A stretch of DNA of 64,000 nucleotides from Acidimicrobiia bacterium (GCA_038239145.1 JBBSFB010000018.1:6560-70559); one strand, 5' to 3'. Counted from the first letter of the stretch, positions 46,885 to 56,540 are shown. Numbers and translations: made by a program. The notes: generated by a model from the letters alone, not told the origin.

Positions 46885-48279
46885 TTACGCCAACGAGCAG
46901 AGATCGGCGAACGCGGCGCGCACGTCGTCCATGAAGCCGTCGACGTCGGTGACCGCAGCGGGATCGATGTTGAGGCCGACGTGCACCTCGTCGCAGTACG
47001 ACAGCATCGTGACGGTCAGCGCGCAGCCCGTGCGCGGTCCCAGCGGATAACTGCCGAGGATGCGCGCGCCGGCGAGGTACAGCGGCACCGGGCTCCCGCG
47101 CAGGTTGGACGCGCCGAAGTCGATCGTCCGGGTCTGGGAGCGGGTCATCGTGACGAGCACCGCCGTCGGCAAGCCCGCGATGACGCCGGCGAGCGCGTCT
47201 GCAGTCGTGAGCGCGGTCTCCTGCTTCGCCGTCTGCAGGCGTTCGCGGACTTCGTCGAAGAGCGCGTACAGATCGTGTGCGGGCTGGATCGGCACCAGCA
47301 CGCGTGCGGGGACGAACGCGTTTGTGCTCGTCGTGTCGCCGGGGCGCCGGGTGCTGATCGGCATCGCGAGCCGCAGCTCGTCGACGCCGCTGCCGGCCCG
47401 CTCGTGGTATCGCCCCAGCGCGCTCGCCAGCCCGGTGACGAAGACGTCGTTGACGCTCCCGCCGAGCTGCGCCGCGATTTGGCGAAGGGGGCGCAATGGG
47501 ATCTCGTGGATCTCGAAGCGGCGCCGCAGCGAACGATCGTGCATCACGTCCGACCGGGCCCCGTCGGTGAGGATGGCCTGGCGCTGAAGCGAGGTGAGCA
47601 GCCGCGCGGCGTCGGTCGCCCGGCCCGGCACCTCGCTCGGATGGACGACCACATGCCCGGCGGTTCCGATGGTGCGCCGGACGGCGTCGAGGCTCCGGTG
47701 GGCGGCGTCGACCACGGCGTCGCGTGCCACCGTGATGGGCGACGAGTCCGGCTCGGTGGTGGCGTCGGGGTCGGCGGCATCCGGCCGGGACACCCCGTCG
47801 AGCGCGGGCACGGGGTCGCGTTCGAAGTCGACGAGAGCGAGCGAGAGCTTCAGGCCGCCGACGCCGTCCGTGATGGTGTGGTGCACCTTCTGGAGCAGCG
47901 CGGCCCGACCGTCGGACAGGCCCTCGACCACGGTGAACTCCCACAGTGGGCGGGCCCGGTCGAGCGGCTGCTCCGCGAGCGCACCGCACAGGTCGAGGAC
48001 GGCCCGGTCGTTGCCCGGTTCGGGGACGGCGACGGTCTTCACGTGCGCCTCGAGGTCGAGCGTCGGGTCGTCGGAGAACTCCGGGGGCACGATCCGCAGC
48101 GGCGCGCCGACGACGCGCTGGCGGAGACGGGGAATGCTCTCGAGCGCGCGCAGCAACGTGTCGTGGAGCCGTTCGTCGGTCGGGCGCTGGTCGAGGAACG
48201 TGAGATTGCAGAAGTCGGACCGGAGCGCGGGGTCCTTCTCGACCGCCCACATAATCGCTTCCGCATTCGTCATGCGCAC
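46885..48279 (-). CDS. Wax ester synthase/diacylglycerol acyltransferase (WS/DGAT)
   Basis: HHTITDGVGG (HHxxxDG active-site motif), PLWEF; 464 aa. Confidence 0.85.
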   Translation of the reverse strand: MRMTNAEAIMWAVEKDPALRSDFCNLTFLDQRPTDERLHDTLLRALESIPRLRQRVVGAPLRIVPPEFSDDPTLDLEAHVKTVAVPEPGNDRAVLDLCGALAEQPLDRARPLWEFTVVEGLSDGRAALLQKVHHTITDGVGGLKLSLALVDFERDPVPALDGVSRPDAADPDATTEPDSSPITVARDAVVDAAHRSLDAVRRTIGTAGHVVVHPSEVPGRATDAARLLTSLQRQAILTDGARSDVMHDRSLRRRFEIHEIPLRPLRQIAAQLGGSVNDVFVTGLASALGRYHERAGSGVDELRLAMPISTRRPGDTTSTNAFVPARVLVPIQPAHDLYALFDEVRERLQTAKQETALTTADALAGVIAGLPTAVLVTMTRSQTRTIDFGASNLRGSPVPLYLAGARILGSYPLGPRTGCALTVTMLSYCDEVHVGLNIDPAAVTDVDGFMDDVRAAFADLCSLA

Positions 48280-48382
48280 GACAGCCGAGTCTACGGGCGT
48301 GGCGCCGACGCCCGAAGGGAGGGTGTCGGGTCAGTCGGCGAGCGGATTGCGATTCGTCGGCGAATCGCGCGTGGTGACAGCT

Positions 48383-48520
48383 CTACCGCATGCCGAAGAA
48401 CTTGCCGAGCTTGCGCTGGCGTCCGGAGCGGGTGAGCGGGATACCGGTGGCCCGGGAGATCCTGCGCTTCGCCTTGGTCAGGCCGAATTGACGCTTCCAG
48501 CTCCACCCGCCCTTGTTCAT
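48383..48520 (-). CDS. Unannotated small, highly basic ORF (45 aa; 58 aa if ATG 48559 is used)
   Basis: MNKGGWSWKRQFGLTKAKRRISRATGIPLTRSGRQRKLGKFFGMR* has 14 of 45 residues K or R and no D or E. 41 of 45 codons end in G/C. Its ATG overlaps the stop of the upstream gene (ATGA at 48517-48520). It is below the 60-aa cut-off of the ORF track. Confidence 0.55.
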   Translation of the reverse strand: MNKGGWSWKRQFGLTKAKRRISRATGIPLTRSGRQRKLGKFFGMR

Positions 48521-48768
48521 CGAGCGAGCGTAGAGCTTCTGGCGTCGATGGGTACCCATAGGACGTCAGCGCCGGTCAACTTCGACGTGTAGACGTACTT
48601 GCCCGCGAGCTCGCGACGCCAGCGCACGATCTCGTCATGATCTTCGTACTTCTTGTCCTCGTCGACCACGAATCCGCCAGGAGTGAAGCACGCGGCGAGG
48701 GCCTCGGCGTCGCTGTCGCCGGCGGCTCGCAGATAGCGACCGATGACTGCGGGATCGTCGCTCACCAT
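48517..48768 (-). CDS. NTF2/SnoaL-like protein, apparently 3'-truncated (83 aa)
   Basis: MVSDDPAVIGRYLRAAGDSDAEALAACFTPGGFVVDEDKKYEDHDEIVRWRRELAGKYVYTSKLTGA... matches the N-terminal two-thirds of SnoaL-like proteins. The last 16 codons lose the GC3 bias (6 end in A/T). The track ORF start at 48813 lies inside the DsbA-like gene. Confidence 0.55.
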   Translation of the reverse strand: MVSDDPAVIGRYLRAAGDSDAEALAACFTPGGFVVDEDKKYEDHDEIVRWRRELAGKYVYTSKLTGADVLWVPIDARSSTLAR

Positions 48769-49355
48769 TAGCGGGGAACCGATGTGTGCTTGAACTCGTT
48801 GAGGTCGGTCCACTGGAAGAGGTCGAGCACCCGGTCGACGGCTTCGGGGTTGCCGCGGTCCATCAGCCGGACGAACGCGGCCTGGTCGCCGACGATGAAG
48901 GTGGGAACGCCGAACACGTCGTGGTTCTTCGCCGCGTCGGTGTGCGACTGCGCCAGAGTCTTCAACGGGCGACCGGTCTCGACTTCGGCCTGGATCGCGG
49001 CCGGGTCGAGGCCGACGGAGGTCGCGATCTCGGCGAGCACGTCGTCTTTGGCGATCTGGGCGCCGTGCTCGTGCCGGGCCTTGAACGCGGCCGCGTGCCA
49101 GGCGAGGAACGTGTCCGGGAACTCGTCGCGAATGGCGATGGCCCAGCAGAGGGCCTTGACACCGGAGCCCTGCTGGGCCGACGGTCGGTCCCAGATCGCG
49201 GGCTCACCTTCTTCGACGTGCACCTGGTCGAGCGAAAACGGCAGGAACGTGACATCCCAGTCGCGACCGGCGCGTAGTCCGGCCATGACCGACTCGTGGC
49301 CGTTGCGGGCAAAGGGGCAGCGGTAGTCGAACGTCACTGCGAACTGATGAGCCAC
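48768..49355 (-). CDS. DsbA-like thioredoxin-fold protein (HCCA isomerase/DSBA family)
   Basis: FDYRCPFA, VFGVPTFIV. GGAGGG precedes GTG 49355. Confidence 0.8.
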   Translation of the reverse strand: MAHQFAVTFDYRCPFARNGHESVMAGLRAGRDWDVTFLPFSLDQVHVEEGEPAIWDRPSAQQGSGVKALCWAIAIRDEFPDTFLAWHAAAFKARHEHGAQIAKDDVLAEIATSVGLDPAAIQAEVETGRPLKTLAQSHTDAAKNHDVFGVPTFIVGDQAAFVRLMDRGNPEAVDRVLDLFQWTDLNEFKHTSVPR

Positions 49356-49480
49356 GAGGCCCTCCTACATGCGACTTGGCCGGGATGCGATCGGGCACGG
49401 GCCAAAGAACGGACCCGAGTAAGCGTTGGGTGCAACGGTCCGGGCACCTTCGTCATTCCCCGCGGTCGAGAACACGAATG

Positions 49481-50014
49481 TCAGGAACGGCCGTTCACGA
49501 GCGGTCGCATGATGCGCCCGAGTCCGAATCCGAAGGCGACGCCGGCAACCACGTCCGAGGCATGGTGCAGCCGGACGTAGATGCGGGTCGCGGCGACCGC
49601 ACCCGCGGCGGCGTACCAACCCGGTCCACCGTCGACCAGCGCGGCGACGCAGAAGGCTGCGGTCGCGTGACCGGAGGGGAACGAGCTCGTGATCGGTTGG
49701 CGCAGGCCGTGGTGGAACGCGAGATCGGTGTACTCCGCCGGCCGCCCTCGGCGGAACAACGACTTCACCGCACCGTTCGTGATGGCCGACTCGGCGCTGA
49801 GCGCGAGGGAGAAGCGTGCCGCCCACGCGACGTCGTCGCCGTGCGTCAGCGCCCGGACGATGCCACACGTGTGCCAGAGGAGGCTGTGGTCGGCCAGACT
49901 GGAGAGTAGGTACGCGACCTTGTCGACGGCTGGGGTCCGGATGACGTCGAAGGCGCGATCGACGGCCGCATCGAACGCGGCGACGCGCTCGAGGATGCCG
50001 GGAGTCTCGGGCAC
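49481..50014 (-). CDS. PAP2 family phosphatase
   Basis: KSLFRRGRP, PSGH, RIYVRLHHASD (KX6RP / PSGH / SRX5HX3D pattern). Confidence 0.85.
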   Translation of the reverse strand: MPETPGILERVAAFDAAVDRAFDVIRTPAVDKVAYLLSSLADHSLLWHTCGIVRALTHGDDVAWAARFSLALSAESAITNGAVKSLFRRGRPAEYTDLAFHHGLRQPITSSFPSGHATAAFCVAALVDGGPGWYAAAGAVAATRIYVRLHHASDVVAGVAFGFGLGRIMRPLVNGRS

Positions 50015-50022
50015 CGGCGCGC

Positions 50023-50922
50023 TCAGACGAATGCGAGCGGGAGTTGTGGGCGGCCTTCACGCTCGGCCTGCCTCGCGATGAGCGTGGGCCGGGCGAGCTC
50101 GGGTTGACCGTCGAACTCGGGGCAGAACTCCTGGAACGTGCAGTAGTTGCACAACGCGGAGGTGCGGGGCCGGAAGTCGTCGCGCTTGCACGCTTGGCGG
50201 ACGGCTTGCATGACCGCGTTCGTCTTCACATCGACACCGCGCAGGCTCTGATCGGACGGTGTGGTGATGATGCGTTCCGGCTTCGATAGGTAGAGCAGCT
50301 GCACCCGTGCGGGCCGGCGCCCGAACATCCGCTCGCAGAGCAGCGAGTACACATGCACGCCGGCCATGCTCTTTTGTTCCCAGCCCTCGCTCGGGGCCGA
50401 GCCGGTCTTGTAGTCGGTGACGACGAGCTCGCCCTCGGCATCGAGCTCGAGCCGGTCGATGATCCCGCGGATGACGACGCCGCCCGTGGTTTTCGCGCTG
50501 ACGCGGAGCTCGACGCCGAGCACCGTGACGTCGCGCGGGTCTTCCATCTCGAAGTAACGGTGCACGAGCACTTCGGCTTCGGAGTGGAACGCGGCGCGTT
50601 GCTCGTCGGTGAGGTCGAGATGGGCGAACTCGGGATCGTCGGCGACCTCGGCTTCCGCCCGGCGGAGGTCGGCGAGTGCGGCCTCGATGGTCCGCTCGGC
50701 GGGGGGTCGCCACATCAGGTGCTGCAGGGCCAGGTGGACGAGGGTTCCCTTGCTCGCGGGGGCCGACGGGGGCTCGGGCAGCCGCTCGATGTACCCGAAC
50801 CGGAACGCCAGCGGGCAGCTCGTGAACGTGCCCATCGAGCTCGGCGACAGCGAGAACGGCACCGGGTGCGCCAGCTCCGTTGCGGGATCACGCGCCGGGT
50901 CGATGAACTGCTCCGCCGTCAT
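50023..50922 (-). CDS. PD-(D/E)XK (RecB/Cas4-like) nuclease family protein with Cys cluster
   Basis: GTLVHLALQ, IIDRLELD...VVTDYKTG, QLLYL, C-terminal CNYCTFQEFC plus N-terminal SCPLAF. Confidence 0.8.
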   Translation of the reverse strand: MTAEQFIDPARDPATELAHPVPFSLSPSSMGTFTSCPLAFRFGYIERLPEPPSAPASKGTLVHLALQHLMWRPPAERTIEAALADLRRAEAEVADDPEFAHLDLTDEQRAAFHSEAEVLVHRYFEMEDPRDVTVLGVELRVSAKTTGGVVIRGIIDRLELDAEGELVVTDYKTGSAPSEGWEQKSMAGVHVYSLLCERMFGRRPARVQLLYLSKPERIITTPSDQSLRGVDVKTNAVMQAVRQACKRDDFRPRTSALCNYCTFQEFCPEFDGQPELARPTLIARQAEREGRPQLPLAFV

Positions 50923-51022
50923 ACACCGACGATACCGCCGGGGTGTGCCACTTACGGCGACCGTCTAACTTCCTCGTCATGCGCCCGCCGTCCGAACAAC
51001 CTGAAGATGTGAGGTACCCGCG

Positions 51023-52036
51023 ATGAAGGTCGACACCGGAGTGATGGCACCGTCGTTGAGCGACATCGGGCCTCGAGCCAAGGAGCTCGAGGACCTCGGC
51101 TACGACGGGTTGCTCACCGCCGAGACCAGCCACGACGCGTTCCTGCCGGTCGTTCTCGCGGCCGAGCATACGGAACGGATCGAGTTGGCTACGGGGATCG
51201 CAGTGGCGTTCGCCCGCACCCCGATGGTGCTCGCCTATACCGCCAACGATCTCCAGCAGATGTCGAAGGGTCGGTTCACACTCGGCCTCGGATCACAGAT
51301 CAAGCCGCACATCGAGCGGCGGTTCTCGATGCCATGGTCGCACCCGGCCCGGCGTATGCGCGAGTACGTCCTGGCGTTGCAGGCGATTTGGAGCTCGTGG
51401 AACGACCAGACTCCACTCAAGTTCGAAGGCGAGTTCTACCGGCACTCGTTGATGACGCCGTTCTTCGCGCCGCCGCCGAACCCGTACGGGCCGCCCAAGG
51501 TGATCCTCGCCGCGGTCGGCGAGTTGATGACCGAGGTCGCGGGTGAAGTTGCCGACGGCATCATCATCCACGGCTTCACGACGGAGCGTTACGTCAAAGA
51601 GGTCACGATGCCCGCGATCGAGCGGGGCCTGAAGAAGTCGGGCCGTTCGCGCTCGGCGATTCAGGTGTCGGGGCCGTTGTTCGTCGTCACGGGAACGAAC
51701 GAGAAGGAGATCGAGGCTGCGAAGACGGGTGTTCGTCAACAGATCGCGTTCTACGGGTCCACCCCCGCGTACCGGGGCGTGCTCGAGCTCCATGGTTGGG
51801 GCGACCTGCAGACCGAGCTCAACACGCTTTCGAAGAAGGGTGGCTGGGTCGAGATGGGCGATCTCATCGACGACGAGATCCTGAACACGTTCGCGGTCGT
51901 CGCCGACCCCGCGGGTGTGGGCACCGAGCTCGCCCGGCGTTACTCGGGGGTCGTCGACCGGTGCTCGTTCTACGCGCCTTACCGGATCGATCCGGCCGAG
52001 TGGACGGGCATCATCGAGGAGCTGAAGCGGGCCTAG
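51023..52036 (+). CDS. LLM-class F420-dependent oxidoreductase
   Basis: LGYDGLLTAETSHDAFLP..., FTLGLGSQIKPHIERRF; luciferase-like TIM barrel pattern. Confidence 0.85.
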   Translation: MKVDTGVMAPSLSDIGPRAKELEDLGYDGLLTAETSHDAFLPVVLAAEHTERIELATGIAVAFARTPMVLAYTANDLQQMSKGRFTLGLGSQIKPHIERRFSMPWSHPARRMREYVLALQAIWSSWNDQTPLKFEGEFYRHSLMTPFFAPPPNPYGPPKVILAAVGELMTEVAGEVADGIIIHGFTTERYVKEVTMPAIERGLKKSGRSRSAIQVSGPLFVVTGTNEKEIEAAKTGVRQQIAFYGSTPAYRGVLELHGWGDLQTELNTLSKKGGWVEMGDLIDDEILNTFAVVADPAGVGTELARRYSGVVDRCSFYAPYRIDPAEWTGIIEELKRA

Positions 52037-52902
52037 CTCGCCGCAGTGTCGGCCGCGAAGCGCAGGATCGACGCGATGCACGCGTCGGGATCTTGTTGCG
52101 GACCGAAGTGACCGAGCCCGGGGAGCACCTCGAGTCGCCCCTTCGGGATCTGTTCTGCGATCTCCGCGCCGAGCGCGGGGCTGATCGACGTCGACGTTTC
52201 GCCGCACACGACGAGTACGTAGCAGTCGAGCTCGAACAAATGGGCGAACGCGCCGTGGTTCGGCCCCATTGAATACACGCGTGCTTCGATCTCGGGCGAG
52301 CACTTCAGCTCGAACACACCGTCGCCGCGATCGCGCAGGCCGTACTCCACGTAGGCGCGCAGTGAGTCGGCGGTCAGCACGTCGAGCGGAGCCTTCGACG
52401 CGTACGCCGTGAGTGCTGCGTCGGTCGACGGCCACTTGTTGCGGCGCTTGCGGGCGGCGCGGGCGAGGAAGAAGTCGTCCTGCGGTGGGAGTGGTTCGAG
52501 CGACGCGAAGATGATCGGCTCGTACGCCCAGATTCGCGCGTACGTCCCCGGCCGTTTCTGTTCGCCGAGGATCAGGGCCGCACCGCCCTTCGAATGACCG
52601 CACGCGACCAGGTCGGGATCGTTCGCCAGCCCGAGATGCTCCACCACTGCCAGCGCGTCGTCACCGAAGCCGTGCCACGAATAGTCACCGTCGGGCGCAT
52701 CGCTGTCGCCGTGACCGCGGAAGTCGAACGACCACACGTGCCTCCCCGCGGCGACGAGACCGTGCGCGACCGGCTCCCACACACGCCCGTGGAACCCCGT
52801 GGGGTGTGCGAGCAGGACGGGCGCGCCGGATCCGCCCCAGTCGTGGACGACGAGCCGGATCCCGTCCGCATCGATGGCGTGGGCGGTGGGTGGCGTGCTC
52901 AC
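52033..52902 (-). CDS. Alpha/beta hydrolase
   Basis: LLAHPTGFHG, GHSKGG (GxSxG), GHFGP. Its stop overlaps the convergent LLM gene by 4 nt (CTAG). Confidence 0.8.
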   Translation of the reverse strand: MSTPPTAHAIDADGIRLVVHDWGGSGAPVLLAHPTGFHGRVWEPVAHGLVAAGRHVWSFDFRGHGDSDAPDGDYSWHGFGDDALAVVEHLGLANDPDLVACGHSKGGAALILGEQKRPGTYARIWAYEPIIFASLEPLPPQDDFFLARAARKRRNKWPSTDAALTAYASKAPLDVLTADSLRAYVEYGLRDRGDGVFELKCSPEIEARVYSMGPNHGAFAHLFELDCYVLVVCGETSTSISPALGAEIAEQIPKGRLEVLPGLGHFGPQQDPDACIASILRFAADTAAS

Positions 52903-52928
52903 AGGGTCAGGGTCATGGTCAGGGTCAT
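52899..52928 (-). other. Candidate mini-uORF MTLTMTLTL* (12 aa if GTG 52937 is used)
   Basis: ATGACCCTGACC ATGACCCTGACC CTG TGA is an exact 12-nt tandem duplication. Its TGA overlaps the GTG start of the hydrolase (GTGA at 52899-52902). It lies about 20-30 nt downstream of the LLM gene stop at 52957. Confidence 0.25.
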
Positions 52929-52956
52929 GAATGTCACGAGATCGACGTGATCCCGA

Positions 52957-54102
52957 TCAGGTCGCCTGCTGCTCGTCGGCGTAGTCCGTGATCGCCTTCG
53001 TGATCGCCCCGAGCGCTCGGTTTACGAACTCGCCGCCGCTGCCGGTCAACCAGTCGCACGATGCCGCCGGCCGTTCGAGCTGACCGGTGAAGTGCGGCAT
53101 CACGTATTGGGCGAAGAGATCGAAGCTGTGCTTGGTCGCGGCCGGGCTCGCCCAGTCGTGGCCGAACAACAGGAACGTCCCGAAGCCGCCGGACTCGTCG
53201 ACCAGAGACTGGATCTTGGCGATCGCGTCGTCGGGAGTGCCGATGACCGCGAACCCGTCCTCGTCGGTGTTGGCGATGATCTCCTCCGGCGTGTCGCCGC
53301 GCGTCGGACCCGCGGGCAGCACGTGGGTGAAGTACTTCGAGAAGGGGACGATGCCGTAGGCGACGTCGGCGCGCGCCTGTTCCTTCGTCTCTGCGAGATG
53401 CATCGGCCCGACGAGGCGCCACTTCGCGCGGTCGGCGGTGTTGCCGTGCTTGGTGGCAACGTCGTTCCACGTCTGCCAGTGCTGACCGATCGCGTCGAAG
53501 CCCTGCTTCGTCGTCGCTGCGATCGAGAGGAGCCCGGTGCCGTACTTGCCCGCCGCCTTCGCCCCGGTCGGGGAGATCGAAGCGGCGACCGCGACCTCGA
53601 TGTTCGGCTCGCTGTACGGCTTCAGCTGCAGTCGAGCGTCCTGCAGATTGAACCAGTCGGTCCGGCGCGTGATCGTCTCGCCCCGGAAGAGCGCCATGAT
53701 CACGTCGAGTGCTTCGTCCATTCGCGGACGCTGGGCGTCCGCGGGGATGCCGAGCATGTGCGCGTCGGAGGTGAGCTGACCCGGACCGCAGCCGAGCATG
53801 GCGCGTCCGCGGGTGAGGTGGTCGAGCAGCACGAACCGATCTGCGAGCATCAGTGGGTTGTGGTACGGGAGCGAGTTGACGCCGCTGCCCAGGCGGATGT
53901 ACTTGGTACGGGCCGCGGCTGCGGCGATGAACACCTCGGGTGACGAGATGATCTCGTAGCCACCCGAATGGTGCTCGCCGATCCAGACCTCGTGGAAACC
54001 GATCCGATCGAGGTGCTCGATCAGATCTAGGTCGCGTTCGAGCGCGAGCGTCGGGTTCTGCCCGGTCGGGTGGAACGGGGCCATGAAGAGTCCGAAGCGC
54101 AT
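52957..54102 (-). CDS. LLM-class flavin-dependent monooxygenase
   Basis: MRFGLFMAPFH...FHEVWIGEHH...LGSGVNSLPYHNP. ATG 54102 is preferred; the track ORF starts at TTG 54138. Confidence 0.85.
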   Translation of the reverse strand: MRFGLFMAPFHPTGQNPTLALERDLDLIEHLDRIGFHEVWIGEHHSGGYEIISSPEVFIAAAAARTKYIRLGSGVNSLPYHNPLMLADRFVLLDHLTRGRAMLGCGPGQLTSDAHMLGIPADAQRPRMDEALDVIMALFRGETITRRTDWFNLQDARLQLKPYSEPNIEVAVAASISPTGAKAAGKYGTGLLSIAATTKQGFDAIGQHWQTWNDVATKHGNTADRAKWRLVGPMHLAETKEQARADVAYGIVPFSKYFTHVLPAGPTRGDTPEEIIANTDEDGFAVIGTPDDAIAKIQSLVDESGGFGTFLLFGHDWASPAATKHSFDLFAQYVMPHFTGQLERPAASCDWLTGSGGEFVNRALGAITKAITDYADEQQAT

Positions 54103-54163
54103 CCGGCCATTCGAGTCCCGACTTGACCGCTCGGTCAACTCGCTCGTTTCGGTCCCGGCGCCG

Positions 54164-54865
54164 CTACGGAAGCTGGGACGCGAGCCATGCGCCGAGCGCG
54201 GGAGCGCTCTCGTAACTCGTGATCAGCGCGTAGCGGGGTTCGGTGCCGTTGTGTACGACGACGTGCCAGAGCCGCTGCGTGTCGACGAGGAACCGTGATC
54301 CCTTGTGCAACGGGACCCGCGCCTCGGTCGTGGGGTCGGGCAGACCGTCGGGGCCGGTGTCCATCAACAGCATGTAGCTGTCCGGGTTGTCGGTGAGCTC
54401 CAGCCACGTGCGCACGACCCAACCGTCGGCCGGGGGATTGAAGCGGTTGTTGTCGTCGCGGTGGAAGCTGCGAAACGCTGTGTCGTGATCCTGCGGCTCC
54501 AACTTGATGGTGCGCACGCGCCCGAAGTCGGCGCCCGCGCTCTCGACGTAGCTCTTGATCGTCGGGCACTTGGCCGCGTTGCTCGTGAAGCGCGCGCCCT
54601 TGTCGGGGCGCTCGTCGCCGGCGTTCCAAAAGCCGCGGCAGTCGAGCTCGCCGTCGGCGGTTGCGATCGGGGCGAAGTTGGTGTCGCCGCCGCTCTTCCA
54701 GTCCATGTACTCGAGGTCGAGGTACTCGGACGCGGGAACCTCGTAGGGAAGATCGGTCATCCGGACGAACCCGTGCGCTGCGAGCGCCTCGAGACGAGGG
54801 TGAGGAGTGTCCAGCGGGATGTCGCACGACCAGTGGTCGGCGTTCGGCCAGAAGGTCGTCGCCAT
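54164..54865 (-). CDS. Hypothetical protein, possibly cupin/2OG-Fe(II) oxygenase-like
   Basis: 233 aa from ATG 54865. FHRDDNN (HxD) and the later LWHVVVHNG could form an HxD...H facial triad. This is a guess only. Confidence 0.5.
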   Translation of the reverse strand: MATTFWPNADHWSCDIPLDTPHPRLEALAAHGFVRMTDLPYEVPASEYLDLEYMDWKSGGDTNFAPIATADGELDCRGFWNAGDERPDKGARFTSNAAKCPTIKSYVESAGADFGRVRTIKLEPQDHDTAFRSFHRDDNNRFNPPADGWVVRTWLELTDNPDSYMLLMDTGPDGLPDPTTEARVPLHKGSRFLVDTQRLWHVVVHNGTEPRYALITSYESAPALGAWLASQLP

Positions 54866-54896
54866 GTCATCGAGTCTACGGTCGCGGCCGGGTCCA

Positions 54897-56444
54897 TCAG
54901 GGCCGCAGACCGTGGCTCGTCGGGCCGCTCTGCAGTATCCGGGAGGCCAGCTCGGCGAACTCGCAGAGCAGGGGCCGCGTATCGCGCGGATCGACGATCT
55001 CTTCGACGAGGAACGCCTCGGCGGTCTTGAAGGGTGATTGCCGTGCCGCCAGCCGGTGCTCGATCTCGGCGCGCAGCGCGGCGGGGTCGTCGGCGGTCTC
55101 CAGCTGCGCCTTGTACGCGGCCTCAATTCCGCCCTCGAGCGGAAGGCTGCCCCAGTTCCCCGAGGGCCACGCGAACCGGTACGAGAGCTTCGACGCGTCC
55201 TGATGCGCCGCACCCGCGACGCCGTAGACCTTGCGCACGATCACCGAGCACCACGGTGTCGTGGCCTGATAGATCGCGGCGAGGGCCCGGGCGCCGTACC
55301 GAATGGTCGCCGCTTTCTCCGCCTCGGTGCCGATGACGAATCCGGGGTTGTCGACGAAGTGTACGACGGGGAGATGGAACGTCTGCGCGAGGTCGACGAA
55401 GCGCGTGACCTTTTCCGACGCGCTCGCGGTCCAACCGCCGCCGTAGAAGTACGGGTCGTTCGCCAGCACCGCGACCGGTCGGCCGTCGAGGCGGGCCAAG
55501 CCGGTGACGGCACTCCGGCCGTTGAAGCGCCCGAGCTCGAACCACGAGTCGCGGTCGACGACGGCCTCGATGATCGCGCGCACTTTGTAGACCTTGCGCC
55601 GCTCGCGCGGGATCGCCGTCAGAAGCGACTCGTCGCGGCGTTGTGGATCGTCGGTCGGCTGCGCGTGCGGTGGCAGTTCGTCGACCGACGACGGTAGATA
55701 CGAGAGGAACTGCCGGACGCGTGCGAACGCTTCCGCTTCGGTGGCGACCTCGTCGTCGACCGCGCCATTGCGCGTGTGGATCGTGCTGCCGCCCAGGGTC
55801 TCCTTGTCGACGTCCTCGCCCAGCCGCGCCACGACCGGTGGACCCGCGACGAAGAGCTGCGAGGTGCCCTTCACCATCACGCTGTAGTGACTGGTGACAA
55901 CTCGTGCTGCACCCAACCCGGCGACCGAACCGAGGCAGCACGAAACGACCGGGACGGTGGCGAGGTTCGCCACGACGTGCTCCCAGCCCGGATTGAAGGG
56001 GACGAACGACCGGCGCTCGGTCTCGAGCGACTTGACCGAGCCTCCGCCGCCCGATCCGTCGACGAGACGAACGATCGGCATGCGCAGCTCGCGCGCCATG
56101 CGCTCGGCGTGGACCTGCTTTTGGAAGATCGACGCGTCGGCGGCCCCACCTCGCACGGTGAAGTCGTCGCCGCCAACCACGACGGGCCGGTCGTCGATGC
56201 GGCCCCGACCCATAACGAAGTTGGCGGGCATCACGGCGACGAGATTGCCGTCGTCGTCGTACGTCGCCCGTCCGGTGAGCGCGCCGACCTCGTGGAACGA
56301 GCCCGGGTCGAGCAATGCATCGATGCGTTCCCGCACCGTGAGCTTCCCCTGGGCGTGATGGCGCTCGACTTTCTCCGCGCCGCCGAGCTCGGCGGCAAGG
56401 GCAGTGCGCCGCGCCAATTCCTCGAGCTCCGGCTCCCAACTCAC
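54897..56444 (-). CDS. Acyl-CoA carboxylase carboxyltransferase (beta) subunit
   Basis: KLTVRERIDALLDPGSF.E, GGGARMQE-like region DGSGGGGSV, and VDNPGF. GTG 56444 is preferred over the track start 56519. Confidence 0.9.
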   Translation of the reverse strand: MSWEPELEELARRTALAAELGGAEKVERHHAQGKLTVRERIDALLDPGSFHEVGALTGRATYDDDGNLVAVMPANFVMGRGRIDDRPVVVGGDDFTVRGGAADASIFQKQVHAERMARELRMPIVRLVDGSGGGGSVKSLETERRSFVPFNPGWEHVVANLATVPVVSCCLGSVAGLGAARVVTSHYSVMVKGTSQLFVAGPPVVARLGEDVDKETLGGSTIHTRNGAVDDEVATEAEAFARVRQFLSYLPSSVDELPPHAQPTDDPQRRDESLLTAIPRERRKVYKVRAIIEAVVDRDSWFELGRFNGRSAVTGLARLDGRPVAVLANDPYFYGGGWTASASEKVTRFVDLAQTFHLPVVHFVDNPGFVIGTEAEKAATIRYGARALAAIYQATTPWCSVIVRKVYGVAGAAHQDASKLSYRFAWPSGNWGSLPLEGGIEAAYKAQLETADDPAALRAEIEHRLAARQSPFKTAEAFLVEEIVDPRDTRPLLCEFAELASRILQSGPTSHGLRP

Positions 56445-56540
56445 CGGCGGGAACGGATGCGATCGATGACCATCCGGGCAGTGTCGTGTTCTCCCGACCG
56501 TCTGGTCAAGAGAACACAACGTCTGTGCCTGCTTCGGGAA

